Assembly: GCA_000276965.1 (NCBI GenBank)
Contig: AKKQ01000003.1
Span: 462-64,461, forward strand
Origin: Thiovulum sp. ES
GTDB lineage: Bacteria > Campylobacterota > Campylobacteria > Campylobacterales > Thiovulaceae
DNA length: 64,000 bases
Direction: 5' to 3'
Position numbers and translations under genes: made by a program. Within the stretch, counting starts at the first letter, position 1. Every line of letters begins with the position of its first letter. The notes below the pieces were generated by a model. The model saw nothing but the letters and a program-made list of their open reading frames with translations, did no database searches and was not told where the DNA came from. Positions 26,171-37,070 of this stretch are shown piece after piece.

Positions 26171-27166
26171 ATGGAAAAAATAGTTTTAAATTCCCCTCTT
26201 GACATGCATTTGCATTTAAGAGATGGTGATATGTTGAATGCAATTGGAAAATACTCGTTCTCTCAATTTTCTGGTGGTCTTGTTATGCCAAATATACTGC
26301 CACCAGTAACAACGAAAGAGGATTTGGAGAGTTACAGAAATCGTGTTTTAAGTGCTGTTGCAAACGAACCTTTTAAACCGTACATGTCAATCTTTTTTAA
26401 AAAAGAGTATGACAAAGAGTTTTTAAAATCGATAAGAGATGATATTCTTGTTGTAAAGCTCTATCCGAGTGGAGCAACAACAAATAGCGAAGGTGGTGTT
26501 GTCTCAATAAACCTCGATGAGGTCGGCGACACACTTAAAGCGATGGAAGATTTAAGAATTCCACTCTCAATTCATGGTGAAACTCTCGGAGATTCTTTTG
26601 AACGGGAGGCGGAATTTATTCCAACTTTTGAACTTCTTGCAAAAAGTTTTCCTAAATTAAAAATAGTGATGGAACACATTTCAGATCACAGAACTCTCGG
26701 AATTCTCGATAAGTATCCAAATCTCTTTGCAACTGTAACACTTCACCACTTGACAAAAACTCGTGATGATCTTCTTGGTGGCTCTCTCAACCATCATCTT
26801 TTTTGCAAACCAATTTTAAAACGAGATATTGACAGGGAGACAATTCGGGATTTTGTCTTTTCTGGACACTCAAAAATTATGTTTGGTAGCGATTCTGCAC
26901 CTCATCGACCAGAGGCAAAAATGAGTGGTTCTGCTGGTGTCTTTTCTGCTCCTGTTCTTCTTGAAGGTCTAACTACTCTTTTTGATAATTTTGGGAAACT
27001 AGATCTTCTTCAAAATTTTGTTAGTGAAAATGCAAAACGGATTTACGAAATCAATCCTCCAAAAAGAGAGATTGTTTTGGAGAAAAAAGAGAAAAATGTC
27101 CAAAAACTCTATGGCGGTGTTGTTCCTATTTTTGCAGGTGAAACTCTCAATTGGAGTATTGTTTGA
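26171..27166 (+). CDS. pyrC: Dihydroorotase (E. coli-type class II)
   Basis: 331 aa with LDMHLHLRDG, VMPN..PP and FGSDSAPH. Confidence 0.85.
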   Translation: MEKIVLNSPLDMHLHLRDGDMLNAIGKYSFSQFSGGLVMPNILPPVTTKEDLESYRNRVLSAVANEPFKPYMSIFFKKEYDKEFLKSIRDDILVVKLYPSGATTNSEGGVVSINLDEVGDTLKAMEDLRIPLSIHGETLGDSFEREAEFIPTFELLAKSFPKLKIVMEHISDHRTLGILDKYPNLFATVTLHHLTKTRDDLLGGSLNHHLFCKPILKRDIDRETIRDFVFSGHSKIMFGSDSAPHRPEAKMSGSAGVFSAPVLLEGLTTLFDNFGKLDLLQNFVSENAKRIYEINPPKREIVLEKKEKNVQKLYGGVVPIFAGETLNWSIV

Positions 27167-27579
27167 TTTATATTGAAAATTTGACAGACTTGTCTATTCC
27201 TGAAAAAGAGATTACAGATATTTTAAATGTTTTTTCTCAAAAAGAGGTCGAACTTGTTGTTTGCGGGAATGAAAAGATTAGAAGTATAAATAAAAATTTC
27301 CGTGGAAAAGATGAACCGACTGATGTTCTCTCTTTTCCTGTTTTGGATGAAACTGGATTTTCTCCACTTGGTAGTATTGTGATTTCCGCAGACATTACAA
27401 AAAATGTTAGTAGTGTTCTTGGACATTCAATTGAGAAAGAGTTTCAGGTTCTTTTTCTCCACGGACTTCTCCATCTATTGGGTTATGACCACGAGACAGA
27501 CAACGGAGAAATGCGGGAACTTGAGATGAAATATCGTCAAAAATTTGACCTGCCAGAAAGTTTAATCGAGCGAATTTAA
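27151..27579 (+). CDS. ybeY: Endoribonuclease YbeY (rRNA maturation factor)
   Basis: 142 aa with the HGLLHLLGYDHE zinc motif. TTG start overlapping the pyrC 3' end. Confidence 0.9.
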   Translation: MEYCLIYIENLTDLSIPEKEITDILNVFSQKEVELVVCGNEKIRSINKNFRGKDEPTDVLSFPVLDETGFSPLGSIVISADITKNVSSVLGHSIEKEFQVLFLHGLLHLLGYDHETDNGEMRELEMKYRQKFDLPESLIERI

Positions 27580-27641
27580 ATAAAATCTAATTGGATAAAA
27601 TTCTATCAGTGTCAAAATTTAATAAATTTTAAAGGTTTCTT

Positions 27642-30374
27642 TTGGAAAGAACAAAAGATGAATTATTAGAAGAAAATATACAACTGAAGCAGATAGGCGG
27701 GATTGTTGATGACTTCTTAATTATTACAAAAACTGATCCACAAGGAAAAATTACTTATGCAAATAAGAGTTTTCAAAAAATAAGCGGATATTCGCTAGAA
27801 GAACTTCTTGGTCGTTCTCATTCACTTGTTAAACACCCAAAAGTTCCTAGCAGTTTTTACAAAGTTTTATGGGAAAAAATTTCAAACAAACAGCCTTGGC
27901 GAGGAGTTGTTAAAAATATAAGTAAAACTGGTCATACTTACTATGTAGAATCATATATAAAACCAATTTTAAGTATAGATAATGAAATTATCGAGTATGT
28001 TTCTGTTCGTAAAGATATTACAAAAAGAATTGAAAAAGAGCGAGAAGTTCGAAGAGAAAAGATATTTTTTGAAGATGTCTTGAATCGTCAAGACTCTATT
28101 ATTGTTTTAACAGATAAAAAACAGGGAATGCTTGATGTAAATAATAAATTCTGGGAATATATTGAGTTTAACAATATGGCAGAGTTTAAAAAACACTTTC
28201 ATTGTATTTGCGATCTTTTTGTTTTTGATGATATGCTTGGAAATATCTGTGTTGAAAATTGTATGGAAGAGATTCACAAATCTCCCGATGCCGTTCACAA
28301 AGCAAAATTTGTTGATGGTGAAGGAAATATAAGTTTCTTTATTGTTAAAGTCGATGAAATTAAAGTTTCAGAAAGCAGAGCAAAAAAATATAATATAGAG
28401 AGTGATACAATTTTTCTTGTTACACTTCATGATATTACAGAGCTTGAATTAGCTTTACAGAGTGCAAAAGCGGCCACAAATGCTAAATCTCGTTTTCTTG
28501 CAAATATGAGTCATGAAATCCGAACTCCGATGAATGGAATTTTAGGATTTACAGAACTTCTGAAAAAAACACCTCTCACTGAAGAGCAAGGAAAATATCT
28601 TTCAACAATTTCATCAAGTAGTAAAACTCTGCTCGGAATTATTAATGATATTCTTGATTTTTCAAAAATTGAGAGCGGAAAACTTGGGCTTGAAACAACA
28701 CAATTCTCACCAATTAGTGAATTTGAACCAACAATTGAACTCTTTTCAGCACCCGCACTTGAAAAAAATATCAAATATCTTGTTTTTGTAAATCCTGCTT
28801 TTCCAAAACAGATATCTCTTGATTCGCTTAGAGTTAAGCAAGTTATTAGTAATCTTGTTGGAAATGCGATCAAATTTACTCCAGAAAAAGGAACAATTGA
28901 GATTGATATTACTTTCCGAAGAATTTCACCAGAAAAAATAAAACTTCACATCTCAATAAAAGATAGTGGAATCGGAATTCATGAAGATAAGCAAGAAGAG
29001 ATTTTTTCTCCTTTCTCTCAAGCAGACAACTCTATAACTCGTAAATATGGCGGAACTGGACTCGGTCTCTCAATTACCAAAAGTTTTGTTGAGTTGATGG
29101 GTGGAAAACTTCAGTTAAATAGTGAAGTTGGAAAAGGTAGCCGATTCTTCTTCGACCTCATCGTAGAAGCAAACAATGAAAAAAACTTAGAACTTGATTG
29201 GCTGAAAAGAAAAAATACACTTATATATTTACCAAACGGTGATACACCTGAAAGTATTCTTCTTGAAAAATATCTTTACGGTTTTGGTTTTCGAGTTGAA
29301 AAAAGCACAAACATAAATTTCTATAAACACTCTGAACTTGCTTGGATTCTCTCTTCAACAATTGATGAATTTGAGTTTATGAATATTATAAACAGAGTAA
29401 AAGATGTTCCTTTTATTGTTATTGATGCTGGTGAAAAATGGTTAAAGGAGTTTGGAAAAGAGAGAGTCCCTTATCGTGTCAAGCTTCCTGTAACAATTTC
29501 TAGAATTTATGATGTCATTATTGATAGCTTAAAAGAGGGAGAGGAAGAAGAGAAAGAGCATTTCAGTGATTTATCTGATCAAAAACGGAAAGATGGAAAA
29601 CTCTTTTTTGAAAATGTTTCTGTTCTTGTTGTTGAGGACACAGAAGTAAATCAGATGTTTATTGAAATTCTCCTAAAAGAGTACGGAATTGAGCCAGACA
29701 TGGCAGACAATGGACGAATTGGTGCGGACAAAGTCGCCTTAAAAGAGTATGATTTAGTTCTTATGGACATAAATATGCCTGTTCTTGGTGGAGTTGAAGC
29801 AACTCATGAAATCCGAAAAATGCCACACCGAAAAGATACAAAAATTGTTGCACTAACGGCAAATGCAATGGCTGGAGATCGCGAGATGTTTATTCGTGAG
29901 GGAATGGATGAATATCTTTCAAAACCTGTTGAAATTCCTGAACTTGAAAGAATTCTTTCAAAATTTCTTGTCAAAAATAGCAAAATTCTTAAAGAAAAAG
30001 AGAATTCTAAAGAGATACAGAATGGGAGTGTGGATGTTCCAAAGGACTCTTTTGATGCAATTTCCCAAGAATCTATTAGTCGAGAATTGATGTTACCTCC
30101 TCAAATTGTTGCCAAACTGATCAACAAATTTTTTGATGGTGTCTATATCGATTTTCAAAATATTGAAACAGCAATTTCTGAAAAAGATACAACAAAAATA
30201 AAAGAGATTGCACATAAAATTAAAGGTTCATCTGGAAATTTACGATTCGTCTATCTTTCTGAATTGATGAAGAAAATTGAATTTTCTGCAAAAAGTGGAA
30301 AAACTTCTGGTTATGACAAGATTTTAAAATCTGTCAAAAATGAACTAAGCCGAATTAAAGAGAATGTTTTATGA
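27642..30374 (+). CDS. Hybrid sensor histidine kinase (PAS - HisKA - HATPase - receiver(s) - Hpt)
   Basis: 910 aa. It has a PAS-like N-terminus ([21 protein letters not shown]), an H-box [14 protein letters not shown], an N/G-box ([22 protein letters not shown]), a receiver ([24 protein letters not shown]) and a C-terminal Hpt ([11 protein letters not shown]). Confidence 0.9.
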   Translation: MERTKDELLEENIQLKQIGGIVDDFLIITKTDPQGKITYANKSFQKISGYSLEELLGRSHSLVKHPKVPSSFYKVLWEKISNKQPWRGVVKNISKTGHTYYVESYIKPILSIDNEIIEYVSVRKDITKRIEKEREVRREKIFFEDVLNRQDSIIVLTDKKQGMLDVNNKFWEYIEFNNMAEFKKHFHCICDLFVFDDMLGNICVENCMEEIHKSPDAVHKAKFVDGEGNISFFIVKVDEIKVSESRAKKYNIESDTIFLVTLHDITELELALQSAKAATNAKSRFLANMSHEIRTPMNGILGFTELLKKTPLTEEQGKYLSTISSSSKTLLGIINDILDFSKIESGKLGLETTQFSPISEFEPTIELFSAPALEKNIKYLVFVNPAFPKQISLDSLRVKQVISNLVGNAIKFTPEKGTIEIDITFRRISPEKIKLHISIKDSGIGIHEDKQEEIFSPFSQADNSITRKYGGTGLGLSITKSFVELMGGKLQLNSEVGKGSRFFFDLIVEANNEKNLELDWLKRKNTLIYLPNGDTPESILLEKYLYGFGFRVEKSTNINFYKHSELAWILSSTIDEFEFMNIINRVKDVPFIVIDAGEKWLKEFGKERVPYRVKLPVTISRIYDVIIDSLKEGEEEEKEHFSDLSDQKRKDGKLFFENVSVLVVEDTEVNQMFIEILLKEYGIEPDMADNGRIGADKVALKEYDLVLMDINMPVLGGVEATHEIRKMPHRKDTKIVALTANAMAGDREMFIREGMDEYLSKPVEIPELERILSKFLVKNSKILKEKENSKEIQNGSVDVPKDSFDAISQESISRELMLPPQIVAKLINKFFDGVYIDFQNIETAISEKDTTKIKEIAHKIKGSSGNLRFVYLSELMKKIEFSAKSGKTSGYDKILKSVKNELSRIKENVL

Positions 30375-30383
30375 AGGAAAAAA

Positions 30384-30725
30384 ATGAGTGATTTACCAAA
30401 ATGTAAAAAGTGTGAAAGTCCTTACACTTATGAAGACCGTGGGCTTTTTGTCTGTCCAGAGTGTGGATATGAGTGGAGTGTTGATGAGGTCGAAGAGGAA
30501 AATAGTCTCGTTGTTAAAGATGCAAACGGAAATGTTTTGCAAGATGGAGACTCTGTTACAGTTATCAAAGATTTAAAAATAAAAGGTGCTTCTTCAAGTA
30601 TAAAAGTTGGAACGAAAATCAAAAATATTCGACTTGTTGAAAGTTCTGACGAACACAATATTGATTGTAAAATTGCGGGAGTTGGTTCTATCAAAATCAA
30701 ACAGAAATTTGTCAAAAAGAACTAG
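30384..30725 (+). CDS. yjdM: PhnA/YjdM zinc-ribbon protein
   Basis: 113 aa. [25 protein letters not shown]...[31 protein letters not shown] is very similar to E. coli YjdM as I recall it. Confidence 0.85.
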   Translation: MSDLPKCKKCESPYTYEDRGLFVCPECGYEWSVDEVEEENSLVVKDANGNVLQDGDSVTVIKDLKIKGASSSIKVGTKIKNIRLVESSDEHNIDCKIAGVGSIKIKQKFVKKN

Positions 30726-30734
30726 GATATTTTT

Positions 30735-31361
30735 ATGAGAGATGGAATTAGCGATGATGCGATAAAAGTCCAAATGGTTAAAAATATTCTTGATTTGGCA
30801 AATTCTGAAACATCAGAAGAAGATCGAGAATTTGCTCTCCGAATGTTGCGAAAATATTCAAATTTGAGTATGAAATATATCAAAGAGAATGCTTATTACG
30901 AAATTGCATTTATAAATTTTGTTTCAAAAGTAACAGATGATCATGAACTTGAAGCACAAACTATGCAAAAAATTTCAGAAATGTTTACGACAAAATCATT
31001 CACAAAAGAGCGGGATGAAGAATTAAAAAATATCTTTCGTAAAATTCTGAGTGAATTTGGTGAAGAGTATAAAGAGAAATACGAAAATACTCCAAATGCA
31101 GAAAAGCCTATTCCTGATGTTCTTCAAGTTATTATGGATTACATTGTTGAAAATAATTTAGAACCGACACTTGCAAAAGACATTGGACACTATTTTCACA
31201 ACATGATGGTAGAAGTTGTTGTTGATGACACCTTTGAAGATTTCAAAAATAAAAATCTTTTGGAACAGCTTCAAACTTTAGATATTAAATTGAGAGCAAT
31301 GGGTGTTGATATTGATGCGGGTCGAGAAGAGATCGAGGAAATTATGGAAAATGAAGTTTAA
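30735..31361 (+). CDS. Hypothetical acidic protein
   Basis: 208 aa ORF, helical and Glu-rich, with no recognised motif. Confidence 0.4.
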   Translation: MRDGISDDAIKVQMVKNILDLANSETSEEDREFALRMLRKYSNLSMKYIKENAYYEIAFINFVSKVTDDHELEAQTMQKISEMFTTKSFTKERDEELKNIFRKILSEFGEEYKEKYENTPNAEKPIPDVLQVIMDYIVENNLEPTLAKDIGHYFHNMMVEVVVDDTFEDFKNKNLLEQLQTLDIKLRAMGVDIDAGREEIEEIMENEV

Positions 31362-32259
31362 ATATTTGCCCGAATGGAGAGTTCAAAAAGGAACAATTTT
31401 GATTTTTCCAAAACGGAATTCTGATTGGAATTGCTGTTTTTCTGAAGTTGAAAGAGATTTTAAAAATTTTGTAGAAAAAGTTGCGAAATTTCAAAAAGTA
31501 TATTTGATTTCAGCGGAAAAATTGGATTGGAAAATTGAGAATCTCCAAATTATTTATGGCATTGATTACAACGACACTTGGGGGCGAGATTCCCTTGGTT
31601 TAGTTGTCTCAAATGGAGAAAGTGAAAAAGTCATAAATTATAATTTTAATGCTTGGGGCGGAAAATTTGATTCCACTTTGGACAATCAGATTTCTCGGAG
31701 ACTAGAAAAAAAAGGTTTTTGGTCTGACCTCATCGATATAGATTTTACAATTGAGGGCGGAGCAGTTGAAACCGATGGCGAAACACTTTTGATAACTGAA
31801 ACTTCTGTTTTGAACTCAAATCGTCCAAAAAATAGCAATCGCGATGAGGTCGAAAAGAGTTTAATTGAAAATTTGGGTGCTGAAAAAATTGTTTGGTTGA
31901 AAGAGAGTTTTTTAGCTGGAGATGACACCGACGGGCATATTGACATGTTGGCAAGATTTTCCAAAAAGGGCGAAATTCTCTATTCACTTCCAAAAATTGG
32001 TACTGAATTAAAAGAGAAATTTCCAAATCACAATTTAGTTAAATTTCCAAGTCCGACTTTTGAAAATTTTCCTGCAACTTATCTAAATTTTATTTTTGTA
32101 AATGGTGGAATTCTTTTCCCAACTTACGGAGTTTCAGAAGACTTGGAAGCTGAGAAGATTTTTCGTGAAGTTTTTCCAAATCGGGAAATAGTTCCAGTTG
32201 ATAGTCGGAATTTCATTCGTCAAGGTGGATCGCTTCACTGTTTGAGTATGCAAATTTAA
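31351..32259 (+). CDS. Agmatine deiminase / peptidyl-arginine deiminase family protein
   Basis: DDTDGHIDMLARF and the C-terminal GGSLHCLSMQI are family signatures. I place the start at the ATG at 31351 (MKFKYLPEW), in frame with track ORF 31303 and overlapping the upstream stop. Confidence 0.8.
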   Translation: MKFKYLPEWRVQKGTILIFPKRNSDWNCCFSEVERDFKNFVEKVAKFQKVYLISAEKLDWKIENLQIIYGIDYNDTWGRDSLGLVVSNGESEKVINYNFNAWGGKFDSTLDNQISRRLEKKGFWSDLIDIDFTIEGGAVETDGETLLITETSVLNSNRPKNSNRDEVEKSLIENLGAEKIVWLKESFLAGDDTDGHIDMLARFSKKGEILYSLPKIGTELKEKFPNHNLVKFPSPTFENFPATYLNFIFVNGGILFPTYGVSEDLEAEKIFREVFPNREIVPVDSRNFIRQGGSLHCLSMQI

Positions 32260-32312
32260 GTTGCAAAAAAGCATTTTTTGAGTATAATTCCGATCACGAT
32301 TTTAAATCGTTC

Positions 32313-32389
32313 GGGTCAATAGCTCAGCTGGTTAGAGCAGACGGCTCATAACCGTCTGGTCCGGGGTTCAAGTCCCTGTTGACCCACCA
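32313..32389 (+). tRNA. tRNA with CAU anticodon (elongator Met or lysidine-modified Ile2), CCA encoded
   Basis: 77 nt. The acceptor stem is GGGTCAA/TTGACCC, the D arm GCTC-AGCTGGTTA-GAGC, the anticodon arm GACGG-CTCATAA-CCGTC and the T arm CGGGG-TTCAAGT-CCCTG, followed by A-CCA. The G1-C72 pair argues against an initiator tRNA. Confidence 0.9.
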
Positions 32390-32788
32390 CTACAAATTCA
32401 ATTCAATGTTAAAATAGTCTGCAATATCATTTTTAATAAGTTTTAAAAGCTCTTCTGTTGTTTTGCCATCTTCTGGGAACGAGACATAAGCAGTTGGAAT
32501 TTCAACTTCTTCAAAAAACTCCTCAAGCATTCTTTTTACATGTACAGCCCCACTCCCGTCTGTTTGTTGTAGAATAAAAACAAAATTGTGTCCATTCTTA
32601 AAAACAAGATCGGAAGTTCTGAGTTCTTTAGCGATGAGGTCGATTTTGTCATCGTCAGTTTTATCTCGACCCTGAACGAAAAATATTGTTAAAGTTTCGT
32701 TATTATCTTTATCGAATCTTTCAATTCTGTTAATTTGCGAATTTACAAAGTTTCGCAATTCTGAATAAACCATTTTGGTTGCAGGCAT
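32390..32788 (-). CDS. Small hypothetical protein, possibly a degenerate GGDEF-like domain
   Basis: 132 aa. LRTSDLVFKNGHNFVFILQQTDGSGA aligns by eye to the R..D.v.R.GGDEF.ill pattern with GHNF in place of GDEF. The stop codon abuts the tRNA 3' end. Confidence 0.3.
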   Translation of the reverse strand: MPATKMVYSELRNFVNSQINRIERFDKDNNETLTIFFVQGRDKTDDDKIDLIAKELRTSDLVFKNGHNFVFILQQTDGSGAVHVKRMLEEFFEEVEIPTAYVSFPEDGKTTEELLKLIKNDIADYFNIELNL

Positions 32789-32843
32789 TAAAATCTCTTT
32801 AAAGTTTTGAGTTTAATGTTACCAAAAAGTTTTTAAAAAGGTG

Positions 32844-33614
32844 TTACTTTCGTCCGAAGAAAAGAGTTCCTTTTTCAAACACTCCATTAAGAATAAAGTT
32901 TTCAACATGATTTAAATCGAAGCCAGAAGTTAGAAAAGTGGGGATACCATATTTTTCTAATATTTTTGCGGATTTAAGTTTTGTAACTATTCCGCCTGTG
33001 GCAAATTCATTATTGGGGGAAGCAGTTTGAACTAATTCGCTGTCGCTGATTTTATCAACATATTTTTTAATTTTTGCATCACTATAAATTTTCGGATTTT
33101 TATCATAGTATCCGTCAATATCAGAGAGTAAAACAAGAAGATTGGCATCAGAAAGATTTGCCGTGTGGGCTGATAGAGAATCATTATCACCAAAAACAAG
33201 TTCATCAATTGCAACAGCATCGTTCTCATTAATAATTGGAACAATTCCGTTTTCTAGCAGAACTTCAATATTGTTTCTAGCATTTTTCCTTCTCTTTTTT
33301 GAAACGAAATCTGATTCAACAAGTAGAATTTGAGCAATATTTATTCCAAAAATACGGAATTTTTTGTAGTAAATGCTCATAAGATATAGTTGTCCGATTG
33401 AAGCAAGAGCTTGTCGGTTTTTAAGTAAGGATTTATCGAGAGGAACTTTTTTGTACCCCGCAGAAACTGCACCCGAAGTAACAAGAATGACATCTATTCC
33501 TGCCTCTTTAATTTTTGCAATAAGCGAAACTAAATTTATAATTCGATCTTTTGCAATTTCATCACCTTGTGAGAGAACGGCACTGCCAACTTTTATAACT
33601 ATTCTTTTTTTCAA
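32844..33614 (-). CDS. proB: Glutamate 5-kinase (short form without PUA domain)
   Basis: 256 aa with IVIKVGSAVLS, VTSGAV and the IINENDAV motifs. Confidence 0.85.
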   Translation of the reverse strand: MKKRIVIKVGSAVLSQGDEIAKDRIINLVSLIAKIKEAGIDVILVTSGAVSAGYKKVPLDKSLLKNRQALASIGQLYLMSIYYKKFRIFGINIAQILLVESDFVSKKRRKNARNNIEVLLENGIVPIINENDAVAIDELVFGDNDSLSAHTANLSDANLLVLLSDIDGYYDKNPKIYSDAKIKKYVDKISDSELVQTASPNNEFATGGIVTKLKSAKILEKYGIPTFLTSGFDLNHVENFILNGVFEKGTLFFGRK

Positions 33615-33683
33615 TTTTCTCCATTCTTTTATAGATTTGGGGTCTATTATATAGAAATTGTAAAAATCAGAGTTTTATAACTT

Positions 33684-33788
33684 TTACTTCTTTCTTGACT
33701 TTACCAAACCTACTCCAAAAAAGCTAAACATAATAATAATTGCTACTGTTGAAACGATAATTTCTGTTGTAACTGGTTCGTTGAACAT
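33684..33788 (-). CDS. Possible 34-aa single-pass membrane peptide (below the ORF-track cutoff)
   Basis: ATG at 33786-33788 (minus strand), preceded by GGA. Sequence MFNEPVTTEIIVSTVAIIIMFSFFGVGLVKSRKK, stop at 33684-33686. It has a hydrophobic core and a basic C-terminus. There is no homology evidence. Confidence 0.25.
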   Translation of the reverse strand: MFNEPVTTEIIVSTVAIIIMFSFFGVGLVKSRKK

Positions 33789-33911
33789 CTTAAATCCTTT
33801 TCAATAGATTAAAAATTTTATCAAAAAAATCGCTTTTTTATTTAAAAAATTTTTGCTACCATAAGAGTTAATTTGATTAGATGAAAATTTAAAAAAAAGG
33901 AGTCGAAAAAG

Positions 33912-35738
33912 ATGATAGCAAATTATCCAGTTTTAAAATTTTTCAACTCAAAAGACTTACTAAAAATAGTTACACAAGAGTTAGATGTAAATTTGGAAAT
34001 TCCACATCTTGCCTATATTGAAATAAAGAAGCCAAATCCAAAAGTTCTGCTTTTTATAAATCCAGTTGATAGAGAACTTGGGATTAAATATAAAACTCCA
34101 GTTGTTATGAATATTTTTGCATCAAAAGAGCTTATTCAACTTGCATTAACGAGAGGAATTGGTGAGATTATTAATGAGATTGAGAAATTTTTAAAGTATA
34201 GACCGCCATCAAGCTTCGCTGGAAAAATTGATTTATTAAAAGATATATTTTCACTTCGGAATGTGTTTCCAACAAAGATAAAAAAAGATGTTCGAGAAAC
34301 TCATAAACTTTTCCGAGGCGGATTAAATAAATTACCAATTTTAAAAACTTGGGGTGGAGATGCTGGAAAATTTATCACAATGGGGCAAGTTTATACACAC
34401 TCTTTAGATGGCGAAACTGTTAATTTAGGAATGTATCGATTGCAAGTTCATGATGATGACACTCTTGGAATGCATTGGCAAATTCATAAAGATTCTGCAC
34501 AATTCTTTTTAGAATATAAAAAGGCAGGAGAAAAAATGCCTGTTACGGTCGCGATTGGCGGAGACCCGCTTTTTACTTGGATTGCGACAGCACCAATGCC
34601 ACACGGAATAAACGAACTTCTGCTTTATGGATTTATTACAGGAAAAAGTCCAAAACTGATAGAAGTAAATACGAATTTTGTTCCTGAAGATAGCGATATT
34701 ATTATCGAAGGTTTTGTTGATCCTGAAAAGTTGATTCCAGAAGGACCTTTTGGAGATCACACTGGATACTACACACTTAAAGAGGATTATCCAGCGATGA
34801 GAGTAAATCACATCTGGACAAAAGAGCATCCACTCTATTATGCGACAGTTGTTGGAAAACCTCCGATTGAAGATAAGTTTATGGGTTGGGCGACTGAAAG
34901 AATTTTCTTACCACTGCTAAAAACAACGGCACACGACCTCATCGACTACTCTATGCCAGAAAATGGAGTTTTTCACAATTTGATTATTGGAAAGATGAAA
35001 GTGAAATATCGGGGACATGCACAGCAATTTATGCATGCATTTTGGGGAATTGGTCAAATGAGTTTTGTAAAACATGCTGTTTTTGTTGATGAAAATGCAC
35101 CAGATTTACGAGATATTGACACTCTTGTTCCTCACATTTTAAACCGAATCTCTTTTGAAAAAATTATGGTCTCTTCTGGTGTTCTTGATGCCCTTGATCA
35201 CTCCTCTCCGCAATCTCTTGTTGGCGGAAAACTTGGAATTGATGCAACTGGCGATGAGGTCAGAATGGTTAAATTAAATCTGATTTCTGATGAACATCTC
35301 ATGAAAAAAATGAAAGTTGCTTGTAACGGATGCAGTGTTGATGTCGTTGGCTTAAAACAGTATTTTACAAACACTCACAACCCAATTACTTTTATGACAA
35401 TTAATAAAAAGACAGGAATGAAAGGTAGATTACCAATTTTTGAAGATTATCGAGAACACATGAGGATTCTTGTTATTCTTGACGAAGAACGAAATGAGCT
35501 TGATAATCTCTACATGCTTCTTTGGAGAGTTTTAAACAACATCGATTCACAAAGAGATATTTACATAAGTAGAAATTTCTATGTTGTTGATGCTACAAAC
35601 AAAAACAAGGAGTATGATGACTTTGAGAGAGAGTGGCCAGATGATGTTCTTTGTGATGAAGATACACTTAAAACACTTGAACAAAAAGGTCTTATCTCAA
35701 TAAATGAGGGATTTGTAAAACAGTTTGGACTTCTTTAA
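33912..35738 (+). CDS. UbiD-family decarboxylase (the long form typical of menaquinone/futalosine-pathway organisms)
   Basis: 608 aa with UbiD-like blocks (GMYRLQVHDDDTLGMHWQIHKD, VAIGGDP, EGPFGDHTGYY). Confidence 0.8.
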   Translation: MIANYPVLKFFNSKDLLKIVTQELDVNLEIPHLAYIEIKKPNPKVLLFINPVDRELGIKYKTPVVMNIFASKELIQLALTRGIGEIINEIEKFLKYRPPSSFAGKIDLLKDIFSLRNVFPTKIKKDVRETHKLFRGGLNKLPILKTWGGDAGKFITMGQVYTHSLDGETVNLGMYRLQVHDDDTLGMHWQIHKDSAQFFLEYKKAGEKMPVTVAIGGDPLFTWIATAPMPHGINELLLYGFITGKSPKLIEVNTNFVPEDSDIIIEGFVDPEKLIPEGPFGDHTGYYTLKEDYPAMRVNHIWTKEHPLYYATVVGKPPIEDKFMGWATERIFLPLLKTTAHDLIDYSMPENGVFHNLIIGKMKVKYRGHAQQFMHAFWGIGQMSFVKHAVFVDENAPDLRDIDTLVPHILNRISFEKIMVSSGVLDALDHSSPQSLVGGKLGIDATGDEVRMVKLNLISDEHLMKKMKVACNGCSVDVVGLKQYFTNTHNPITFMTINKKTGMKGRLPIFEDYREHMRILVILDEERNELDNLYMLLWRVLNNIDSQRDIYISRNFYVVDATNKNKEYDDFEREWPDDVLCDEDTLKTLEQKGLISINEGFVKQFGLL

Positions 35739-35741
35739 GTC

Positions 35742-35763
35742 TGTTCGGGAAATTTCCCGAACA
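35742..35763. terminator. Bidirectional hairpin terminator
   Basis: The perfect palindrome TGTTCGGGAAATTTCCCGAACA lies between the convergent stops at 35738 (+) and 35772 (-). Confidence 0.7.
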
Positions 35764-35771
35764 CTTTTTGT

Positions 35772-36953
35772 TTAAAAAGAGTAGTTTGCAAAAACTCCGT
35801 ATCTTGTATAATCTTCATCTTCTTCACTCTCTTCATTTGCCTGATTCCACCCATTCCAATAAAGATCAATTGCAAAATCATCATTCATTGAGTAGCTAAC
35901 CATTAAATCTATCTCATTTATATCTTCTTCAAGATTATCACCATTCATTGTTAAATAGACTCCTGAAACTGAAACTTCTTCAAGAACTTGGTATCCAGCT
36001 GAAAATAGATAGGCATTTGATTCTGTTCCTCCACAAGGAATAAACATATTGTTTGCACTTGCATAATATGGTCCGCCACCAAATCCAGCTTGAGCCTCAA
36101 TATCTCCAGTTGCACTATTAAAAGCAAATCCTAGAGATAAATCATAAACTGAGGCTTCAAGCAAACCTCCAATCACAGAACCATCTTTCTCATCAACATT
36201 TAAATTTTTGAAAAAAGCATATTGACCAGCAATGTCAAAAGAGAGATTTTCATTGATTCCAAAAGAGTAAGAGGCATCAGCATAAGAGAGAGATTGATCC
36301 ATTCCTGACGAATCAACATCATTTAAATAGTAATGCCAAGCTTGAGCAGAAATTCCAGTCTCTTCATTTGAGTATATTCCAGCAAGAACTGAAACACCAT
36401 CTCCCTCAGTTAAATCAGAAAATTTATTTTTTATCTCTGCATCATAACCTGCTTGAGCTGTAACACGACCACCAACAAATTTGAAATTATCAATTGGATT
36501 GATTTCAATTAAAGCAACCTCATAAATATCTGGAGTCATTCCCATATCATCTGGATCAGCAAAAGGAGTCTCAATTACTTTTTTACCAAGAATAATTTCT
36601 GTTTTACCAATAATAGAATCTTCACTAAAGAGTTCTCCAGAAATATAAGCTTCGCCAACAAAAGAGTAGCTTTTTCCTTCATTGTTATGTAACCAACCAT
36701 CTGTATTTTGTCCAAACATAATTTGAGATGTGTAGTAAGTTGTTGTAAATCTAAAATTATTAATAACTGGAGTTTGAAGAGTTATCCAACCACCCGTTGC
36801 TATATCTGTTGTTGCATCATCACTTTCAACTGCTTGAGAGGTTAGAGCTGTTCTTAAATTTCCTGAGAGAGTCCAATTATTTTTATTATCTTCTGCAAAA
36901 AGTGTAGAGCTTGAAACGAGCAAAGTTGCCACAACCAAACTAATCTTTTTCAT
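35772..36953 (-). CDS. Outer-membrane beta-barrel (porin-like) protein, paralog 1
   Basis: 393 aa. Signal peptide MKKISLVVATLLVSSSTLFA, alternating beta-strand-like pattern, C-terminal ..FANYSF (terminal aromatic residue typical of outer-membrane proteins). Confidence 0.65.
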   Translation of the reverse strand: MKKISLVVATLLVSSSTLFAEDNKNNWTLSGNLRTALTSQAVESDDATTDIATGGWITLQTPVINNFRFTTTYYTSQIMFGQNTDGWLHNNEGKSYSFVGEAYISGELFSEDSIIGKTEIILGKKVIETPFADPDDMGMTPDIYEVALIEINPIDNFKFVGGRVTAQAGYDAEIKNKFSDLTEGDGVSVLAGIYSNEETGISAQAWHYYLNDVDSSGMDQSLSYADASYSFGINENLSFDIAGQYAFFKNLNVDEKDGSVIGGLLEASVYDLSLGFAFNSATGDIEAQAGFGGGPYYASANNMFIPCGGTESNAYLFSAGYQVLEEVSVSGVYLTMNGDNLEEDINEIDLMVSYSMNDDFAIDLYWNGWNQANEESEEDEDYTRYGVFANYSF

Positions 36954-37070
36954 TATAAATCCTAATAGTTTTTATTTCAGTAAAATTTTAACTTAAATAA
37001 AAAGAAATAGGTTTTTAAATTATATTTTTATAAGGTTTTGATGGTTCGAGACAAGAGTCTCGAAATGGAT